Source of the DNA: Nitrospirales bacterium
Lineage (GTDB): Bacteria > Nitrospirota > Nitrospiria > Nitrospirales > UBA8639
Assembly: GCA_965203295.1 (NCBI GenBank)
Contig: CBDBCZ010000014.1
Location: forward strand, 993,920 to 1,057,919
DNA length: 64,000 nucleotides
Reading direction: 5' to 3'
The notes beneath the pieces were generated by a model. That model saw only the letters and a list, made by a program, of their open reading frames with translations. It did not search any database and had not been told where the DNA came from. Made by a program: the position numbers and the translations under genes. Positions 25,910-36,048 of the stretch are shown here, one piece after another; position 1 is the first letter of the stretch; each line of letters opens with the position of its first letter.

Positions 25910-28248
25910 AAAACAAACTAAAAGCAAAAACTAACATACAAATATTACAAAAATATTTAAACACATGTGCATCAAATCTACAAAAACTAACCAATCAAGC
26001 TGTAGTAACAACACAACTCTAAAAAATCATTTACAAAAATCAATTAGCACGTCAGGATGGAATCCCAAAAAGTCACCAAACAAGCTACCATGACACAGAC
26101 TTGTGAACACAAAGGTTGCCATATAGCATCACAGTCCTTCCAGATACGTTTAGGTGGTACCATCGGTGGAGGTTCATCTGTTCACTTCCCTTCGGCTACT
26201 CCCAACCCTCTACCTTCAAAGCAAGTCACACCAAGCTACCCCATGCTCCTACAGCCTTCAAACCTGCTGCATAGTGCATAACGGAATATGGCCCTCAAAA
26301 AGGCCTCCAAAAATTATTCGTATAAGTACGATTACAGACCAAAGGAATGTCAACAGATACTCCTAAACTCACTTCCACACTTATATACCACCACATGGAG
26401 CAAACCACTTATGGGTTTCATACAATTTCCGTTTATCACCCCACCCACCTACGTCTTACAAACGTACTTAATTATATTAACATCTGGAGCCAGTATTCAG
26501 ATTCAGACTCTATCCTGCGACCCCACTCAACGGAGTCAACACACGATCAGGCTAGCTCACGCCTATATATAGAAAAAGCACTTCGCCAAAAACTGCAAAA
26601 ACAAGTCATGTAGGGATGCACTTCCACCAGAATAACACTTTCCCAAAAACCAACGAAACAAGCGACAATGCACATCACAACACATGCACAGACTACCCAC
26701 CCATCACAGCGCAATGCATTTACCGCGTAGCTACCATCCCTACATCTTTCCAACCACACCCACCACAATATGTAGCACGCCCCCATACTCAACTTCACAC
26801 CCAATACTTACTTCAACACACACAACTATTCATTCTCATCACCATCAACCAAGACACATTGTCTCCATCCAACAACCACCCTTACATCTTTATCCACAAT
26901 CATTACATACTTCACAAAACACAACACCCCACACTACAACCAACCCAAACCTTCACAGGAACATTACTCCTATCAAAATGCACTTCACTCCACAAATCCT
27001 GCATTGACAAGCACAAACCAAGCAGAGCAATTCCTCACAACACCACACTGCTACCAATGAAGAAAACCCATATCAACCGCAATACAGCATACTCAACAAA
27101 GTTGACAACACTCAATCTACACTTTACCAACCGAACCTACATAGACCTACCCTACAAAGAACCTGCACTCACAGTGATCTCACAACTCACTCACAAAACT
27201 TGATAACACGCAACCAGGCATAGCTAAACCCTACTGAAGTCCCTATATAAACACCATAATATATGACTCCACCATCAATGACTCACTAGTTGAAGATATA
27301 CACAATCAGCACTTTCAGCTAACTTCCACAACCATCAACATACTCAGTCATTTCCAATACACATGTACCAAATTACACTACCGCTATGATTGTGGTGGGT
27401 GTGGTTGGAAAGATGTAGGGATGGTAGCTACGCGGTAAATGCATTGCGCTGTGATGGGTGGGTAGTCTGTGCATGTGTTGTGATGTGCATTGTCGCTTGT
27501 TTCGTTGGTTTTTGGGAAAGTGTTATTCTGGTGGAAGTGCATCCCTACATGACTTGTTTTTGCAGTTTTTGGCGAAGTGCTTTTTCTATATATAGGCGTG
27601 AGCTAGCCTGATCGTGTGTTGACTCCGTTGAGTGGGGTCGCAGGATAGAGTCTGAATCTGAATACTGGCTCCAGATGTTAATATAATTAAGTACGTTTGT
27701 AAGACGTAGGTGGGTGGGGTGATAAACGGAAATTGTATGAAACCCATAAGTGGTTTGCTCCATGTGGTGGTATATAAGTGTGGAAGTGAGTTTAGGAGTA
27801 TCTGTTGACATTCCTTTGGTCTGTAATCGTACTTATACGAATAATTTTTGGAGGCCTTTTTGAGGGCCATATTCCGTTATGCACTATGCAGCAGGTTTGA
27901 AGGCTGTAGGAGCATGGGGTAGCTTGGTGTGACTTGCTTTGAAGGTAGAGGGTTGGGAGTAGCCGAAGGGAAGTGAACAGATGAACCTCCACCGATGGTA
28001 CCACCTAAACGTATCTGGAAGGACTGTGATGCTATATGGCAACCTTTGTGTTCACAAGTCTGTGTCATGGTAGCTTGTTTGGTGACTTTTTGGGATTCCA
28101 TCCTGACGTGCTAATTGATTTTTGTAAATGATTTTTTAGAGTTGTGTTGTTACTACAGCTTGATTGGTTAGTTTTTGTAGATTTGATGCACATGTGTTTA
28201 AATATTTTTGTAATATTTGTATGTTAGTTTTTGCTTTTAGTTTGTTTT
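25910..28248. repeat. 860-bp inverted repeat (25910-26769 / 27389-28248) with 619-bp spacer
   Basis: Mirror-image identical ORFs (26057+/28101-, 26288+/27870-, 26347+/27811-); arm ends read by eye. Confidence 0.95.
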
Positions 28249-29691
28249 CTTCACACTGTGCCATCCCTACATGTTTTTTAATTTTTTAAATGTTTTTTAA
28301 GACTTGTTTCTGTTGTTTTTTTAGTGAGGGGGAAGAAAAGGAATGGGGCTTTGATGTTTGGTATTAGGATTAGATGGTATGAGTTGATATAGCTAGTATG
28401 GTTCTGTTGGGTAGAGGTGCGGTAGTGTATATGTATTGGTATGAGAATACAGTTTTTGGTAGCTCCGCCTCTAAGTTGAGTCCCATACTTGTTCTGCAGT
28501 GTGCCATAAAGAGCGCATTTCGTCTACTGAAGTCAAAATTCCGAAATTCCAAGATAATGGCGATCGTATAATAAGGGATTTTTTCTGACATTTCGTTGAC
28601 ATTGAGTTAAAACAGAGACAGTGGCAGACTGAACAGGGATAGTAGATTTCCCGTATGCTGGAATGGTCTATATATCGGTAGAGAGTGAACTGCATTTTTT
28701 TTACCGGGGGATATAAACCAGCAAGGAGGATGCATGGGGACAATAAAGTAGGCATCGTTCTGGTTGATATGGGATAGCCTGTCCTGTTTCTGTAGGTGAC
28801 TAAGGAATACCAGCAAGCCGTGTTCAGCGACCGTAATTGGTGTTATAAGCCTCTTTGGCGACCAGTTAAGTTATGCTCACGGCATAAGCGACTGGTGGAG
28901 CATGTGGAGTGCATACACATGTATATAAGCGCAAGTATTGATACTGCTGAGAATATTGAGGTGGTAGTCATTGGAGGGGGAGAAAGGTCTGCGCATGAGA
29001 CTACAGTACATTATGGTGTCAAACAGAAACAAAGAATCATGTAGGACAACCGACTCCCGCAAGTGGGTGTGGTCTTAGGGTAGGGTTAGGGCCAGATCTG
29101 GGACAGTAGACCACGCCCACTTCTGGTAGTCGGATGATCAAACTAAAACGCACTAAAGTATTTGTAGATCTTGTGAGTGCTCCTCACCACCACCTCCCAA
29201 CTTGCACTCGTTGCTCACACTGCAGCACTTGTCACCCCCCATCTGGTTGTCCCTCATGCACGGGGACCTTGGGCAGATCTCCGAATTGTGGGCGGGGTAC
29301 GGATACGACCGGCGAGCACGTGATGGTCGAAGGTTAATTGCGGCAAAGTTCCTCCGGCTATATTATAGTCGCTAGTTAGAATCTTCTATCTACTAGCTAT
29401 GGTTGTGTCGAGAGACTCGAACACCTTTTCAGAGAGAAAGAGCGGTGAAGTCGCACGAAGTCGAGTAGACACATACAGGTGTATTCGGCCGGGCCAGGGA
29501 GAGGGAACAAAGGCCTTCAGGAATGTCGACAGACGGTCTAGACGTAAGTATGTAGCATATTTATAGTGTGTGCTGATTTAGCACACTGTGTTAGACTAGT
29601 CTCGTGCCGAGACTGTGTGTAGTCGTGCCCTGAGTTGGGTTTTGGGCAGTTTACATTTACCCGCTCTTATTAATGCGCCACTAATTATTTA

Positions 29692-30236
29692 CCGTATTGC
29701 TACAATATTTTGCGTGAACTTTACTTTTGCGAATTTTGCGAGTCCTTACAGCATCGCAAATATGAGATCGCAAACATTAAATAAAAATATGTGAGCGTGG
29801 TTTTAGTGGGTGCGGTTAACGAACACCGAATCAATAGCTGTCCCAGGAGAAGCAGCAGTAGGCCTAATGGATGGCCTTAAACAACAGCGAAGGTGGCAGG
29901 TAATGTTTTAATATGCTTCTACAGCAGCAGCTATTTCAGGATGAGTATTCGGCAGTATTTTACTTAATTTTACTATGAGCCCCAATCGCGAGGACACTGC
30001 AATCGAAGTGGTGGCAACTCGTGAAGCAAATGAGAGTGTGAAGCGTGCGTTAGAGAAGCAAACCAGCCAACAGAAGGCCAAGAAGCGTAAGGTACATACC
30101 CACTTCAGCCGAGATTGGCCAAGAATGGGAATGCCGCTGCCACAATCGCAAAGATAAGATCGCAAAGTACTTGAATTAGCCGCAAAATGACAAAATCGCA
30201 AAGGTTTCTCACACGCAAAATATTGTAGCATTACGG
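29692..30236 (+). mobile_element. pogo/Tigger-type (Tc1/mariner superfamily) internally deleted element
   Basis: TA|CCGTATTGCTACAATATTTTGCGTG ... CACGCAAAATATTGTAGCATTACGG|TA; remnant ATREANESVKRALEK..KKRKVHTHFS/AEIG/NGNAAA resembles a pogo transposase N-terminal DNA-binding region. Confidence 0.8.
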
Positions 30237-30313
30237 TATCGCCAGTGGCGCTCTTAAATATGTGTATGTGTAGTCCATGATCAACACCTTCATATGGCGC
30301 TAAACTCCTAGCC

Positions 30314-30932
30314 TAGTCTCGTTCCCGGACACTCCACACATGCCCCGACGAAAAATTAGGGACAGGTAGAAATAAAGAGGGTCTGGCGACTCGAGTGGGG
30401 TCCACACAGAGCCTTCGTTGGAATGCAGGAATAGGTGACACCAATTGATGTAATTAACAGTACGTGCGTTGCTGAACTTCGAAAGAAGCATGCCAGGTCA
30501 GTGGAAAAAAGTGACTGAGTCTGCTATCGATTTTGCTAGAGAAAGGCTAGGTATTGAAGGGCTCAAGAAACAGTCAGAAAGCGATGGATGGTTTCAGAGT
30601 CTACGCTGGGCAAGCCTCCTGGGCCAACTCTGGCACCGCTTGGTAGACTCCATCCTTGCCGGTTGATGCAGCACTCAGTAGATCTCACAGATAGTCAGTA
30701 GCAGCAAGAGCTGCACCGCAAGTCATAGCTACACGTGCGTTTACTGTTTCTACTTTGCAGCTGGTGCACGCGGTATGCTTCGTTGCGGTTTCACACAATC
30801 GATTTTCATCATGAATATCTAATTTAATGAAATTCCTCAAATTTCCGGGCTGCACAACTCGCTCAACTCGCCAGACCCTCTTTCTACCTACTTTTTGGCG
30901 GGTGAGTGTGACAGGGTCTGGGAACGAGATTA
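30314..30932 (+). mobile_element. TAGTCTCGTTCCC-family element with a possible helicase N-terminal remnant
   Basis: tagtctcgttcccggac ... gtctgggaacgagatta; inner inverted repeat agagggtctggcga/tcgccagaccctct; peptide ESAIDFARERLGIEGLK; no TSD retained. Confidence 0.65.
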
Positions 30933-31231
30933 CTACATGTCTTATGCACTATATAAAATAGTACAAATGTGCATTACGTGTTAATTGAGTTTCCAATCCC
31001 TGTCCTTCTACTCTATTATCTATGGTGGCATTTACAACGCGCCACCTGAATAATAATTCAGCAACACTATTGGCGCTATAGCAGAGAAAAAAAATTGTAT
31101 TACAATGATTGGCACATTATTTAGAATGGTGTATTAATAAGAGCGGATATAGTATTCATCAAACGGACCATGTCTGTGACAGGCACATATATTGAAGATT
31201 CGCAAACGTATTGATCATGATCAGGTCACTG

Positions 31232-31677
31232 CAGAGGTCGAAATAACGTGCGGTCATTGGTCAATATCTGTACATATTGCTATAGTGACCGAGCAAAACT
31301 ACATGTGGTCGGTAGGTGTGCCGGGGAGCTTGTGTAACAGCTGCTGCGTAAGGCAGTGATTGCTAATCATATTCACAGCGTCTTGTATAATGCCTACTTG
31401 TGAATAGTAAACACTATCCAAATAAGGAGTTTCTGCTCTCAGGTCAGCTTGGGAAGAGAGGATGAATTGACTGGTTTGTGTGTATTCATTTTTTTGGTGG
31501 TGCTTGCTCAACAATGCATTCACATCTATTATCTTGCTGTTGCTGAAATGTTTCAGTCAAAACTACAAGTACTGTGACAGGTAGGTACATCCAGTCATAT
31601 TTGCTAAATGACCACTCAGAATCAAAAGTGTTAGGACATTGTGACCAGACAACATTTGAACGTTATTTCGACCTCTG
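31232..31677. mobile_element. hAT-like MITE
   Basis: 17-bp TIR CAGAGGTCGAAATAACG ... CGTTATTTCGACCTCTG; tcactg repeated on both flanks (partial TSD). Confidence 0.7.
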
Positions 31678-32256
31678 TCACTGGTTTGGTCAATGATATA
31701 TTTGTTTCTGTGGGCATGGTAGAGGGGAATGTGAGGCTATGGGAGTGGTAGGTGATTGTGTTAGGAACATTTTAGTGTAATGGTTTAGTGCTTTAACATT
31801 ATGATGTAATGGAGAAAATACTTGAAAACATGCATTGTTGTGCCTTCATTTTTAAAATTTACACAAAAGCATGAAAATAAGCACGTTTTCATGTATTTTC
31901 TTCACTTTGTGCCTACTTTTACCGTGAATTAATGGTGAAAGGTGTACTGTACTTGTACATGTAGGTGCAGTTATAATTAGCTGGACAAGTGTTGTATAGC
32001 AGGTACATGTATGTGTATGGAGATAGGAAGGTCTTGAATTGAATGGGTTATAGGTTGAGAGGGAGTTGGGAGCCTGTGATTTTGTGTTCATTATGTTAGG
32101 TTTAGTCATACCTTCTATAACCTTGTCCCAAGGAACATGTATTTCATTGTGTGATTCACACAGTGGTGCAACAGTGTAGCCATTGAGGTTTTCCTGCTAC
32201 AGAGGTTTTCAAGTAGGTTGAAAGTTGAACTCATCTTAGAATTTGATGTGCAGTCA

Positions 32257-32366
32257 AGCTGAACTACTAATTGAATTGTTAACTTGATTTAGTTGCTTTG
32301 CACTTGTCACAGGTGCAGCTATACAAAGCAACTAAATCAAATAACAATTCAATTAGTAGTTCAGCT
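32257..32366. repeat. 110-bp hairpin
   Basis: agctgaactactaattgaattgtta..ttgatttagttgctttg / caaagcaactaaatcaa.taacaattcaattagtagttcagct. Confidence 0.85.
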
Positions 32367-32928
32367 GTATAGTGCTCCACTGTCTGACTCAACATGGAGG
32401 GTGTTGTTTACATTGCTGGGAAAAGCCAGCTGACATTCCTAGAAATCCAATGTTCAGGTACTTGGCTGTGCTGAGTATGTATTCTGTAATGACTTTGGTT
32501 CTGAATGTACCATTGCTTGTTCTGACCCCTTTTCCTGCACACATTGCGCATCCTGAATGCACAGTACCTTGTAATTCCAAATAAAAAGTGACTGATGAGA
32601 ACTGGACTGCCACACTGGACAGGACTGGAATGGAATGGAAAATGAAAATACTCAGACCTTTGTTTATGTTCTTGTTAGGCATAAGTACTATATCATAGTC
32701 CATCCATGGGAAGATAAAAGCACAGCACACGGTATATATATCTGGCATTTGTACCATAATGCACCTCTACATGAAAGGCACCGCCCAGGGTATATCAGCC
32801 ATACACCCTAGCGGCTCGTTTGAACTGTCAATATACCCTAGGGTATATGGTTGCCAGGCAACTAATGCTTCTCTATTAGCGCTTGTCATAACTAACAGGT
32901 TTGTAATTGTATTATGGTACAAGTCACC

Positions 32929-33064
32929 TGTACCATGGGTTTCTAGGGTGTATGGGTTTGTACTCTTCGTGCAGTTATATGTATTCCCTCGGGCTGCGCC
33001 CTCGGGAATACATATAACTGCCCTCAGAGTACAAATCCCATACACCCTAGAAACCCATGGTACA
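32929..33064. repeat. 136-bp palindrome with GC-rich centre, probably the end of an unclassified non-autonomous element (~32757-33070)
   Basis: tgtaccatgggtttctagggtgtatggg..gcagttatatgtattccc / gggaatacatataactgc..cccatacaccctagaaacccatggtaca. Confidence 0.8.
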
Positions 33065-33753
33065 ACTATTACATACACCCCAACCAGCCATTAGCCATAA
33101 TAATTCTATATATGCAATATAAATACAATTAGTGGTCAACTGTGACAGCTGGTGTGCATGAATCTCATTAACAAAGCATAGTATTTTAATAGCCTTGTTA
33201 TACTAAGCCACAAAAAGTGATACACATACAGTATGGGCCAAGCTAAGATGGTAAGTGGCCTTGTTAGCACACTTTGAAGCGGTTACAAGCTTTCTCAGCA
33301 GGTGATATGTACTGCCATGTTACCTTCTAGTAGATTGCACCTGCACTCATGCATGTCTAGATCTGTGGCTTGCTCCACTTATATGCTCAGGAGAAACAGT
33401 ATACAGTAAGTAAGGTATATTACCAAAGATAACCATACTTAGGAGGTGTATATGGCAAGGTATATGGAAACTGAGTCTATACCCTCAATCTTAGTCATCA
33501 GAACTTCGTCTGACCTCAGTCTCGGATAGTACGCCATGCATATACACCTCCTGACCTTGCAACTCAACAACTATATACTGTCAGGGTCGTCCCTATAACA
33601 ACAGCTTTGGTGTAGTGTGCTGTCACATGCATACAAAGCAGTTCACAATTCTTCCATGGTTGTCCAGATACGCGATGAATTAGCCTCATTTCCAAGGCTT
33701 TTCTGCCTGTGATCGTATAGCAAATTAACAACAGTAGTTCGGTGATACATAAC

Positions 33754-33930
33754 AAAGGCAGCCAAAGAGGCTCAGAGAACGAGGTAGCTAGGTCTTAAAT
33801 TTGCCGCGTGTCCGGCGAATCCCTCACCATAGATAATATAGTACGTAATAAAGGCAGCCAGAAAGGCTCAGAGAACGAGGTAGCTAAGTCTTAAATTTGC
33901 CGCGTGTCCGGACAATCCCTCACCATAGAT
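33754..33930. repeat. Direct duplication of ~80 bp (period ~96)
   Basis: aaaggcagcca..ggctcagagaacgaggtagcta.gtcttaaatttgccgcgtgtccgg..aatccctcaccatagat occurs twice. Confidence 0.85.
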
Positions 33931-33942
33931 CATATATACGGA

Positions 33943-34245
33943 TAGTCTGGGGGACCCCGCCCCTCGCGTTAAACGGAGGGTCTGGTACAGACGCCGTAAT
34001 GATTTTGTCTGTCTCGCAATGCTCATTGCGAGCCAATCAGATTCAAGCTTTGTAAAACGTCATGAAAAGATTACGTCAATGGTATGGTCTGACCAATCAG
34101 ATAGCAGGTTCACTGCCGGATCTCTTTCGTTGATTGTCTGCTTGTGTCGTCATAGCACAACGTCCGCATTCCAGATTGACGGTTCCACTGCGGTGTCTGT
34201 ACCAGACTCTAACTTTCCCGTCGAGAGTCTGGCTACGCGAGACTA
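33943..34245. mobile_element. TAGTCT..GAGACTA MITE with perfect 9-bp TSD
   Basis: TSD atatacgga at 33934-33942 and 34246-34254; inner inverted repeat gtctggtacagac/gtctgtaccagac. Confidence 0.85.
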
Positions 34246-34563
34246 ATATACGGAATTACATAATATCTATGATCACTGACGTTAGCTACTGCATACACAC
34301 CTTGTAATTCCAACTGAACCGAATTCGATTGGACCGGCCCACTAGCTCTTTAGTGGACTGCAATGGAGGGAAAATCCAAACGCTCAGACTTCTTGTTATA
34401 CTAGCACCATGGATAATCCATGATATTATACATGCTAGCACGTATAAAATTTAATACGCATACGAAATGCAAGCCATTACCTTGTAATTCCAAGAAGAAC
34501 AGGAATCCGAAAAACTTAAATACGAGATGCTTGGCTTTAACAACCGCTTCAATACGACTACAT

Positions 34564-34710
34564 GTTATTGTTGATTGGAAGGGAAAATCCAAACGCTCAG
34601 GCTTCCGTTTACGTTATTGTTGATTGGAAGGGAAAATCCAAACGCTCAGACTTCCGTTTACGTTATTGTTGATTGGAAGGGGAAATCCAAACGCTCAGGC
34701 TTCCGTTTAC
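34564..34710. repeat. 49-bp minisatellite x3 (partial copy at ~34363)
   Basis: gttattgttgattggaagggaaaatccaaacgctcag(g/a)cttccgtttac starting at 34564, 34613 and 34662. Confidence 0.93.
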
Positions 34711-36048
34711 GTAATAAAATGGCGTGGAACGACCAGCGTTCACTCGAGAGTGGTAGTAAATCACTGCTGAATAAGTTCGAGTTTTGAAAACGCTCTTGAT
34801 TGAGTGCAATGCTCCGTTAAAAATCATGCTTCTTTATGTTGAAATTGTTGTAGTTGCTGTAGACATTACTGAGCTAGCCTGGCTGAAGAAGAAGAAAGAA
34901 GATGTACTATTACGCCCCGCCCCCCGAGTGTGTCGACTTGCCGGTGTGCTGCTCCAGAGAATGTTTGTAGCACCGCTAACAGTCTTGTTGCTGATAAAAT
35001 CACTCGAGATGTCAGGGTATGGCTCATAACAGCCTATGACTGTAAACAGAGCTGAGTTCTGAACGTATGATTTTGTACGCGTTATATAGGGCCGCCATTT
35101 TTTTCCGTGCCATCCCTACATATGGAGTACTACCGTACTCCATGATACAGTAGTCATGTGGAGTGTTTTTTTTCCCTGCTGAGGTACATCGGGCTGTGAA
35201 AGCCTGACCTCCATCTACTGAGACCGTATGGAGTTTGACAGCCGTCTTGAGCTGGTGGCAAGACTTCTGTATGCTGAGCGCACCTACGGAGGCTGTATGG
35301 AGTTGACACCAGTGCAGAGACGTACGGTTCTAGAAGCCAAGTGCATGTCCAGAGACCGTATGGAGTGGACAATTGTGCATTCATTTTGTGTGTGTGTTGC
35401 TGTGTGTTGCTGGGAGGTTTTGTTTACTTTGGTTTTTTCACCTCACTGTTTTTCCTCACATGTTGAGGTTTTTTAAGTGATGGTGTTTTTTCCCCTGCGC
35501 ACACTGGCCATGTGTCCTAAATATGTTGTGCCCACATTACTCCTTGTTTAGCCCATCCCAGCCTATTTTATGTACAAGTAGCTAGTTTTGTGGTGTACAG
35601 TTGACTTGTTTTGCGGTACAAGTTGGGCACTATCAACAATTTGCTGGCTGTCAGCTCTCAACTGTCATGCTGCCTGGTCCAACCATAATGTATTCTTCGA
35701 AATGAGAGGTCCCAAATCTCACACCCTAAAAACAGAGGCTGTTTTCTTAAAATTATTGAGCGTACTAAACTCTTCAGAGCTCCCCCCCCCTCAAAAGATT
35801 TCTAATGGTATCATACACAGGACACTGCCAGAGCAAATGCAAAATTTTGTACTTCAAAGTTTCCAAGAAAGCGTTAAAACCTTCTGAGACTTCTTCAAGG
35901 CAGAGGTTAAATGAATCTATTGGCAAAGTAAAGATTAACAGCTAGCGTCTACTGATGAATCAGGTAGTCCTCACAAACAGACACTTTAGTTCTTGTTCCA
36001 AAATCTGGCTCCAGGTGGACCAAATTTAAAAGGCCTAGCTACTTGATG

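Larger units (their letters stand above)
29660..31147. mobile_element. TA-flanked TIR element hosting two nested MITEs
   Basis: ta|cccgctcttattaatgcgcca ... tggtgtattaataagagcgga|ta. Confidence 0.6.

Noticed and set aside
29075..29091. Interstitial telomere
   Set aside because: Fewer than three full TTAGGG units
34564..34710. CRISPR array
   Set aside because: Units are head-to-tail with no unique spacers, no cas genes, eukaryotic context
25910..35144. Single 9.2-kb transposon insertion
   Set aside because: No TSD, no matching termini, and heterogeneous content
35221..35372. CRISPR-like repeat-spacer array
   Set aside because: Only three short degenerate motifs with irregular spacing; kept as a motif array only
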